Source: Thermofilaceae archaeon (GTDB lineage Archaea > Thermoproteota > Thermoprotei > Thermofilales > Thermofilaceae). Taken from it: DNA of 30,951 bases. Under the pieces are notes generated by a model that had not been told where the DNA came from, made no database searches, and saw only the letters and a list, made by a program, of their open reading frames with translations. The stretch covers positions 1 to 30,951 of the forward strand of contig JAVYWK010000022.1 of NCBI GenBank assembly GCA_038727095.1, read 5' to 3'. Made by a program: the position numbers and the translations under genes. Each line of letters starts with the position of its first letter. Position 1 is the first letter of the stretch. Positions 24,515-30,951 of this stretch are shown here, one piece after another.

Positions 24515-25204
24515 GTGAGAGCCTGGCCCCTCGTGCTGGTGATCGCGCTAGCGCAGCTCGCACTTGCCCAGCCTATAATGCTGGTGGCTTCAAGCGGGGA
24601 GACGCTTACAGGGGCTGTCGTTGAAGTTGAGAAGCTAGACGGTGAGCGCCAGGTGTTTACGGTCGGGCCTGAGGGAGTAATAGTAGTGCGGGAAGTCCCG
24701 CGGGGGATCCTCAGGGTGAGGGTTATCAGCTGGAAGGGCGTTCCGATCGATTACCGCTGCCTAGTGACGCCGCTGAACACGACGATCAGGGTGCCAGCGA
24801 TTCACCGCTTCACTGTAAACGTTGTTGGAGCTAGAAGGCAGGGGCTCGCCGACGCAGCCGTCAGGATCCTTCATGAGGGCCGGGAGATTGAAAGGGGTGT
24901 AACAGACGCCTCGGGCACGTACAAGACGCTGCTCCCCGCAGCCAGTTACACCGTAGTGGCCGAGTACGGTGGAAGAGCAGGTGAGCAGAGGGTTGAAGTC
25001 GATGGCCCAACGGAGGTTACACTTCAGCTGGATATTTTCGGCGAAATCGGGGGATTGCCGATTTCAACTGGGGAGTTTATGCTGATGATTGCGCTGCTCG
25101 CGTTGATACCGCTCGTGCTGTTCGTAATCGCCTACGAGTATACTCAATGGAGGAGGAAAAGGGTTCTACGCGTAGTCGCGCCGGCTGTAGAGAAAGGCGG
25201 TTAG
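24515..25204 (+). CDS. Secreted, membrane-anchored protein with carboxypeptidase-regulatory-like beta-sandwich domains
   Basis: Signal peptide ('...LALA/QP'), 'G.TDASG.Y...LP..SYTV.AEY', and a C-terminal TM helix followed by RRKR. Confidence 0.7.
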   Translation: MRAWPLVLVIALAQLALAQPIMLVASSGETLTGAVVEVEKLDGERQVFTVGPEGVIVVREVPRGILRVRVISWKGVPIDYRCLVTPLNTTIRVPAIHRFTVNVVGARRQGLADAAVRILHEGREIERGVTDASGTYKTLLPAASYTVVAEYGGRAGEQRVEVDGPTEVTLQLDIFGEIGGLPISTGEFMLMIALLALIPLVLFVIAYEYTQWRRKRVLRVVAPAVEKGG

Positions 25205-26652
25205 GCCGTAGGACTCAGCGTTAGGACGTTTACAGAGTGCGGCGGCAGCTCGACGAAGCCCCTGAAGGCGTAGCTAGTCTCGTTTATCGCAACTCTCGAC
25301 GGTTCCTCGAACGTATTCCTATCGTCCACGGAAGTTCCTGAGATCCACCTGTGGTGAACAGCCGAAGGCTCAAAGCCCCTGATGAAGACTCTGACTCTAA
25401 CTCCCTCATCGATGTGCCGGTTGACGACAAAGAGGTGCAGCTTGCTACCCGATCGCACGGCCGACGCGTCGATGTACTGCACTTCGGCGCCCACTTCCTT
25501 CGAGGTGTAGGATGGAGAGAAGCAAACCGTCCTAACCACGTCACCTTCTTGGACGCTCGAGTAGAGCTTGAAGACGAAGTACTGCGGTGTTAGCAGGATC
25601 CGCCCCTCATCGTCGGTCAGGATGAGCGGAAGTACGTTGACCGTCTGCGCGAAGCAGGCTATGGGCACGCTCCTGCTTAACCGCTGGAGGGCGTTCAGGA
25701 CGAGCGCGGTGAATAGCGCGTCGCGCACGGCTGTGTTCTGGCTCAGCAGCGGCGGCCTAGCTTCAGGGTACCACACGTTCCACTCGTCGAAGGCCAGCTT
25801 GATGTCCTTCCTGATGCCGTACCTGCGCTTGGCCGCTTGAACTGTGTGGTAGGTGGCCTTGAGCCACTCCTCGATCTCAACCGGCCACGCGACGAGCTCC
25901 TCGTAGCTCCTGCCTTGATGCTCAGTGAATATGTACCTGTGGACGGATAGGTAGTCGAAGTAGTTGCCCGCGACTCTCACCATATCGATGTTCCACTGGG
26001 GGTCGTAGTCGCAGCCCACGGCTACGATCTCGATGGTTCGATCCACGCGCTTCATCTCGTTGACGAACTCGATCGTCCTCCTAGCGCACTCCTCACCATC
26101 CTCGCAGAACCCGACCTGCCAGCTACCGTAGAGCTCGTTGCCCACCCCCCAGAGCTTCACGTTGAAGGGCTCCAAGTACCCCAGCTGCCTCCGAAGGTTC
26201 GCGTAGTGCGTGTTACGCGTCGAGTTGCAGAACTCCACCCAGCGCGCGGCTTCCTCGGGCGTACCGTTGCCCGCGTTCACGACGATAAAGGGCTCCGCGC
26301 CCACCATTCGAGCCCACTCTATGAATTCGCACGTACCGAACTCGTTCGGCTCCTCTGCCTCCCACGCGAGCTCGAACCTTCTCGGCCTCCGTTCTTGAGG
26401 GCCAATGCCGTCCTCCCAGTGGTAGGACGATGCGAAGTTCCCTCCAGGCCAGCGAACTATAGGCGGGCTGATCTCCCGAACCGCGTTAAGGACATCGAGT
26501 CTAAAGCCTTTCACGTTGGGGATTCTCGAGGTGGGACCTACCCAAACGCCGCCGTAGATGCAGCGGCCGAGATGTTCGATAAACTGACCGTAAATACCTC
26601 TATTGAGAGCCGCGACTCTCGAGGTAGCGTCGATGAGGATCTCGGCTTCCAC
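25201..26652 (-). CDS. abfA: GH51 alpha-L-arabinofuranosidase
   Basis: 'IYGQFIEHLGRCIYGG', 'RWPGGNF', acid/base 'GNE', nucleophile 'FDEWNVW' and 'AQTVNV'. Confidence 0.95.
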   Translation of the reverse strand: MEAEILIDATSRVAALNRGIYGQFIEHLGRCIYGGVWVGPTSRIPNVKGFRLDVLNAVREISPPIVRWPGGNFASSYHWEDGIGPQERRPRRFELAWEAEEPNEFGTCEFIEWARMVGAEPFIVVNAGNGTPEEAARWVEFCNSTRNTHYANLRRQLGYLEPFNVKLWGVGNELYGSWQVGFCEDGEECARRTIEFVNEMKRVDRTIEIVAVGCDYDPQWNIDMVRVAGNYFDYLSVHRYIFTEHQGRSYEELVAWPVEIEEWLKATYHTVQAAKRRYGIRKDIKLAFDEWNVWYPEARPPLLSQNTAVRDALFTALVLNALQRLSRSVPIACFAQTVNVLPLILTDDEGRILLTPQYFVFKLYSSVQEGDVVRTVCFSPSYTSKEVGAEVQYIDASAVRSGSKLHLFVVNRHIDEGVRVRVFIRGFEPSAVHHRWISGTSVDDRNTFEEPSRVAINETSYAFRGFVELPPHSVNVLTLSPTA

Positions 26653-26707
26653 AGGCCTATGTCGGAAATCCGTAAAAAAGCTTAAAGTTCATACTTCACG
26701 GTTATCT

Positions 26708-26766
26708 CGCGTGATGAACGAGGGCGAAGCCGACTAGTGCGGAGAAGGCCCGGGGTTTACTGACCC
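26708..26766 (+). ncRNA. Box C/D 2'-O-methylation guide sRNA (candidate)
   Basis: Box C GTGATGA 26711-26717, D' CCGA 26730-26733, C'-like TGCGGA 26738-26743 and box D CTGA 26760-26763, spanning 53 nt. AAAAAAG-CTTAAAG (BRE/TATA-like) lies ~30 nt upstream. Confidence 0.7.
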
Positions 26767-27338
26767 CCTTGACCTTCGGAGCCTAGGACTCGCTGAACCC
26801 TCCTTGCTATTGCTACCGAAGGTATCGTGGAGAGCAGAACATGGAGCGTGTTGAAAACTGCTACGAACGCGAGCGTGACCAGGAGAGTATCCATCCAACC
26901 CTTCACCGGGATTCCCGCAGCGTTCAGTAACCTCTGGGTGAATGTCAACCAATGTGGGAAGAGGAAACCGAGCACAGCGAAGTTGGCCAGGGACATAGCT
27001 GCCACCCTAGCTACAGTGGCTATCGCTATCGCGTACCTCCAGCGCCGCTTTGCGACGTGGAGGCCGGCCAGCATGGAGGCAACGGCAAGGAACTTCATTG
27101 AGGCCCCCAGCGGGTCGCTTCCCCTGGCCAGGAGCCCAAAAGCGTGCATCACCGCGCACAGGTAGCTCCACTTAGGCCCAACTAGCGCGAGCGTGAGGAC
27201 TGAGGGTAGCTCGGCGAGGTCGAATTTGAGGAAAGTGAGTGGGTAGAATGGGAACTCCACCCTGAACAACGCGAGGACGATTGCGAGAGCCGACATAGCC
27301 GCAGTCACGGCTATCGCGTAGCTCCTGGGCAGAGCCAT
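26757..27338 (-). CDS. ECF transporter S component (RibU-like); start moved to ATG 27338
   Basis: Hydrophobic protein with 'AxxxA' in helix 1, 'FPF.P..FLKFD.AELP', 'GP', 'R...M..AN' and 'FN'. It lies downstream of ecfT and ecfA genes. Confidence 0.8.
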   Translation of the reverse strand: MALPRSYAIAVTAAMSALAIVLALFRVEFPFYPLTFLKFDLAELPSVLTLALVGPKWSYLCAVMHAFGLLARGSDPLGASMKFLAVASMLAGLHVAKRRWRYAIAIATVARVAAMSLANFAVLGFLFPHWLTFTQRLLNAAGIPVKGWMDTLLVTLAFVAVFNTLHVLLSTIPSVAIARRVQRVLGSEGQGGQ

Positions 27339-27406
27339 CGGTCGTCCCCTCCATCGGCATTTTTTGAGGTTGCTGTTTAAACACTTCAATGCATATGAAC
27401 TGTTTT

Positions 27407-28711
27407 TCACTCCTTCCTCAGCTTTGCAAGGAAGAAGCCCACTGTCTCGTGAAGGTGGGGGTAGAGCCTTCTCGCTTTGGCTGCTCCGAGCTTTCCCAGC
27501 AAACCCAGGTAGGGCTCAAACTCGATCAGCTCGAAATCCAGTGCTTCTTGAGCCCAGAGCACGTTCTCCTCGTTCTCCTCAAGAGTCAGTGTGCACGTGG
27601 AGTACACGAGCTCTCCTCCCCTTTCGAGGAGCTCGCTGGCAGCTTTCAGAAGCCTCCTCTGTTCAGCCGAGTAGGTCATCACGTGCTCAGGCCTGATCCA
27701 CAGCCTGATCTCTGGGCTGTGCCCCAGCCTGCCGAGGCTCGAGCAATCCGGGTCGACGATCACGCGCTTGAATTTTGAGCGGAGCGGGGGTATCGTGGAG
27801 TCAGCGTTGATGGCGTAAACTCCCCAAGCCCCGAGCCTCTCGAGGAGCCTCTTCATCACGGCGATCCTCTTCGCGCGGAGATCGAGAGCTAGAACCTCAG
27901 CACCGTACAATTGGTAGTAGAGGCTTGCCTTGCCACCGGGTGCCGCAGTTAGATCAACGGCCTGCTCTGAGCCGCTCAGAGCATAGACGGCGAGAGCTGA
28001 AGCCTTGTCCTGAACGTAGAAGAGGCCGCTCGCGTGCTCCGGTACTCGGGAGGGGCTTACACCCCCCTTGACCAACTTGAGCATGAAGGGTAGATCCCTG
28101 TCAACTTCAGTTATGAGCCCTCTCCTTGAAAGCCGCCTTACGAGCTCCTCCACCCCAATCTTCAGTGTGTTGGCGCGCAACCATACGACGGGGTTCCTGT
28201 TAAAAGTCTTCAGCAGAAGCTCGGCTTCGCGCCTCCCCAGCAATTTCACGAGGTACTCGACGACCCACTCCGGCTGAGAGTACGTGAGCGACAGCGAGGC
28301 GATCTCACCTCTCCCCCGCGCCAAGTCTTCAGGATCAACCTCTTTTACTCTCGATACGTCGCTCGACCTTAAGGGCAAGCAGAAACGCGCCGCTAAACCG
28401 GCAACCCTACTAGGGCTCGCCGACCTGAACTTCGCCTCGTACAGGAGGGCGCGTAGCAGGTTCCTCTCGAACGGCTTCATGCGGCTCGGCTCAACGCTGA
28501 GCAGCTGGCGGGCAATCTCGTCGAGCAGCCTATAGGTGCGCAGAACGCCCGTGGCATAGGCTCTCGCTAGACCTTTAGCGTCAGTTAGATGCGGCCTCCT
28601 CCTAAAGTACTCCTCCATGACTGCTCTTAAGCTCTCCCTCCTAGTCTCACTGGCCGCTATTACCTCCGCGACGATCGCCTCGATCGGGTGTGGGCCACCA
28701 ACCTTTCTCAC
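27407..28711 (-). CDS. RsmB/NOP2 (Fmu/Sun) family RNA m5C methyltransferase with a NusB-like N-terminal region
   Basis: 'LRANTLK', 'QDKAS', motif I 'AAPGGK', motif IV 'DPDCS', motif VI 'YSTCT...EENE' and 'GFFLAKL'. Confidence 0.9.
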   Translation of the reverse strand: MRKVGGPHPIEAIVAEVIAASETRRESLRAVMEEYFRRRPHLTDAKGLARAYATGVLRTYRLLDEIARQLLSVEPSRMKPFERNLLRALLYEAKFRSASPSRVAGLAARFCLPLRSSDVSRVKEVDPEDLARGRGEIASLSLTYSQPEWVVEYLVKLLGRREAELLLKTFNRNPVVWLRANTLKIGVEELVRRLSRRGLITEVDRDLPFMLKLVKGGVSPSRVPEHASGLFYVQDKASALAVYALSGSEQAVDLTAAPGGKASLYYQLYGAEVLALDLRAKRIAVMKRLLERLGAWGVYAINADSTIPPLRSKFKRVIVDPDCSSLGRLGHSPEIRLWIRPEHVMTYSAEQRRLLKAASELLERGGELVYSTCTLTLEENEENVLWAQEALDFELIEFEPYLGLLGKLGAAKARRLYPHLHETVGFFLAKLRKE

Positions 28712-28736
28712 AGAGGGTCTGCTTCGGGCTTAGAGT

Positions 28737-29543
28737 TTATACCCTTACCTCAAACCGGCTGGCGACGGCCTCAGCTACAGCATCTGCCCTCGGGCGCCTG
28801 ACCCCTAGCTTCGAAGCAAGCAGTTGGAGCTGCGTGGGGATGAACCCCTGAGACTTGAGGAACTCGACGTCGCTAAGCACATCCTCAGCCGCCGAATCGC
28901 TCACAACAACCCCCTCCCTCAAGACCAAGATTCGCGAGGCGAAACGGGCCAGCAGGTCTGTATCGTGCGTGATCACGATTACCGTCCCTCCCGACTTGTG
29001 AAGTTGGGAAAGAGCCTCGAAGAGCACCAGACTTCTAGAGTAGTCGAGACCTGTCGTCGGCTCATCGAGTATCAATACTTCAGGCTTCATCGCGAGAATG
29101 CAGGCGATTGCTAGTCTGCGCTTCTCGCCGAAGCTCAAGGCGTGCGGCGAGTGATCAAGGGGCTTGTTTAAGTCAACGACCTTCAACGCTTCCTGAACCC
29201 TCATTGCTATCTCATCGTTGGGCAGGCCCATATTCCTGAGCGCAAAAGAGACCTCATCGTAGATTGTGGCCGAGAAAATCATCATCTCGGGATTCTGGAA
29301 AACGTAACCGACTTTCCTAGCGAGGGTCGAGGCTGGCACGCGCCGCGTATCGAGGCCGTCGACGAGAACACGCCCCTGCGTCGGTTTCAAGAGGCCGGCT
29401 ATGAGCTTCGCTAGTGTCGTCTTACCAGCGCCCGAATGTCCGATGACCCCGATGAACTCTCCCCTGCCGATTTCTAACGTGACGCTCCTGATGGCTTCAG
29501 GACCATTCGGGTATCTGAAGTGAACGTCTTCCAGCGTAATCAT
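28737..29543 (-). CDS. ecfA: ECF transporter ATPase (EcfA family)
   Basis: Walker A 'GHSGAGKTT', Q-loop 'FQNPE', 'LSFGEKRR', 'LDEPTTGLD' and 'ITHD'. Confidence 0.9.
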   Translation of the reverse strand: MITLEDVHFRYPNGPEAIRSVTLEIGRGEFIGVIGHSGAGKTTLAKLIAGLLKPTQGRVLVDGLDTRRVPASTLARKVGYVFQNPEMMIFSATIYDEVSFALRNMGLPNDEIAMRVQEALKVVDLNKPLDHSPHALSFGEKRRLAIACILAMKPEVLILDEPTTGLDYSRSLVLFEALSQLHKSGGTVIVITHDTDLLARFASRILVLREGVVVSDSAAEDVLSDVEFLKSQGFIPTQLQLLASKLGVRRPRADAVAEAVASRFEVRV

Positions 29544-30379
29544 CTAGCGAACACCTCGAAGGCGTCCTTGAGGCGAACAGGTACCTGCAGGCGGATACCC
29601 CTCTTGAGAAGCTCGTAAGCAACCTCACTGGCCCCCGGCGGTCTGATGCCGTACTCCTTGACTTCCTCCACCCTGCTGTACACCTCGTCAGGGGTTCCCT
29701 CGAGGACTACTTGCCCATCCTGCATGATCGCTATCCTATCGGCCACTTCCACTGCCCACTCAACCCGGTGCTCAGCGGCTATGATCGTGAGCTCGTACTC
29801 GCTTTTCAGCTGCGCCACGGTTTCGAGAACCATGGCCGTCCCCTTATGATCCAGCATAGAAGTTGGCTCGTCGAGGAGCAGCACCCTCGGCTTCATCGTT
29901 AGGGCGCTAGCTATCGCTATGAGCTGCTTTTCACCGCCCGAGAGCGACTGAGGATCCTTATCAAGGTACCTGCGCAAATCTAGAGCTTCGACCACCCACT
30001 CCACGCGCTGCACGACTTCTTCCTTGGATAGGCCTAGGTTCTCAGGCGTCATTGCGAGCTCCTCATAAACCGAGCGCGTCACAACCTGCATCTCCGGGTT
30101 CTGGTACACGATGCCGACGACCCCGGCCAGGCCCCTGTAGCCAGTTTTTACGACATCCCTACCCTCGATAACAACGGTGCCCTCCACCTGACCCGGTATC
30201 ACCCATGGGAGAAGCCCCGCGAGCACGTACAGCAGCGTACTCTTACCGCAGCCGCTGGGTCCCATGAGTACTAGCATCTCCCCCCTCCCTACGGTTATGT
30301 TCACGCCCTTCAGAACCCATTCACTCGAGACGGCGTACTTTGCCCTCAGCTTGTTAACGATCACAGAAGCATGCTCCAC
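29540..30379 (-). CDS. ecfA: ECF transporter ATPase (EcfA family); start likely GTG 30379
   Basis: 'GPSGCGKST', 'YQNPE', 'LSGGEKQ', 'LDEPTSMLD' and 'EHR'. A GGGGTGA SD lies just upstream of 30379. Confidence 0.9.
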   Translation of the reverse strand: MEHASVIVNKLRAKYAVSSEWVLKGVNITVGRGEMLVLMGPSGCGKSTLLYVLAGLLPWVIPGQVEGTVVIEGRDVVKTGYRGLAGVVGIVYQNPEMQVVTRSVYEELAMTPENLGLSKEEVVQRVEWVVEALDLRRYLDKDPQSLSGGEKQLIAIASALTMKPRVLLLDEPTSMLDHKGTAMVLETVAQLKSEYELTIIAAEHRVEWAVEVADRIAIMQDGQVVLEGTPDEVYSRVEEVKEYGIRPPGASEVAYELLKRGIRLQVPVRLKDAFEVFAR

Positions 30380-30951
30380 GCGATCACCCCACCGTAGACC
30401 AGTACTGATACTAGCGTAAAGCCCGTATCCCTGAGCGTCCATCTTGGTTCAAACAGGTACGTCCTCCTTGTGTAGCCGGTGTACCTGGATGCAAGAACCA
30501 TGCTGAGATCCCATACATCTGTGATGAAACGCGAGATCACGGGTATGATAATCGGCATGTAGTTTCTCAAGCGCTGGATTAGACCACCGCTGTCGAGGGC
30601 GAGGCCTCTGGCGATTTGAGCCTCGGTTACCTCCCTCACGATCCTTACCGTCTGCGGCATCATGTTTAGAGCTAGAGTGAAGGTCATCGCAAGCTTGGAG
30701 GGCATGCCCAGCTTCTCCAAGCTCCAGGTTATGTGGTAGGGTTTCGTCGATGCGAAGAAGGCTACGAAAGCCAGAACGGGGTTCATGATGAGGAGGAACT
30801 TACCGAGCGCTACGAGAAGCCCCACATCGGTGATGCGGAAGAAGCCCCAGGCCAGCAGCAGTGCACCCTCGGTGCTGTACATCCCCGCCCAGATCAGGGT
30901 CACGACGGCCAGGAAAACGAAGGCGTTCACGATGAGGAGAAAGGCCAAGCC
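30361..30951 (-). CDS. ecfT: ECF transporter transmembrane T component; 5' end lies outside the window
   Basis: Conserved 'EAQIARG' and second X-R-X motif 'LASRY', with 'SLEKLG.P' and 'PIIIP'. Confidence 0.88.
   Translation of the reverse strand, partial: GLAFLLIVNAFVFLAVVTLIWAGMYSTEGALLLAWGFFRITDVGLLVALGKFLLIMNPVLAFVAFFASTKPYHITWSLEKLGMPSKLAMTFTLALNMMPQTVRIVREVTEAQIARGLALDSGGLIQRLRNYMPIIIPVISRFITDVWDLSMVLASRYTGYTRRTYLFEPRWTLRDTGFTLVSVLVYGGVIAWSMLL

Overview
This is an archaeal chromosomal window with no viral, transposase or cas genes. It most likely comes from a hyperthermophilic Thermoproteota member, with Thermofilaceae-like gene content. That assignment is inferred from the TTTAAA/TTATAA boxes ~25-33 nt before start codons, GGTG/GAGG Shine-Dalgarno-like motifs and the sugar- and vitamin-scavenging genes. 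Left to right it holds: (1) a divergent thiT/thiR thiamine module with two palindromic operators; (2) a partly lower-GC sugar or sugar-acid catabolic block (two TIM-barrel isomerases, Fe-ADH, an enolase-superfamily enzyme, a 2-hydroxyacid dehydrogenase, a nitrilase and an IolB-like protein); (3) an alpha-glucan/glycogen cluster (glycogen synthase, three GH57 proteins of which one lacks both catalytic residues, a small wHTH protein, a GT4 with a duplicated N-terminal domain, DedA) containing a ~140-nt nested-stem element with an alternative fold; (4) an AT-richer patch with two related membrane-protein genes; (5) a UroD/MtaA-like enzyme, an aldo-keto reductase, a phosphotriesterase-family enzyme and a 27-bp repeat/39-bp spacer/27-bp repeat element; (6) DUF4430, DUF4443, a surface protein, a GH51 arabinofuranosidase, an unannotated box C/D-like sRNA, and an ECF transporter cluster with an RsmB/NOP-type RNA methyltransferase. 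All family calls come from motif recognition by eye; no database searches were run.
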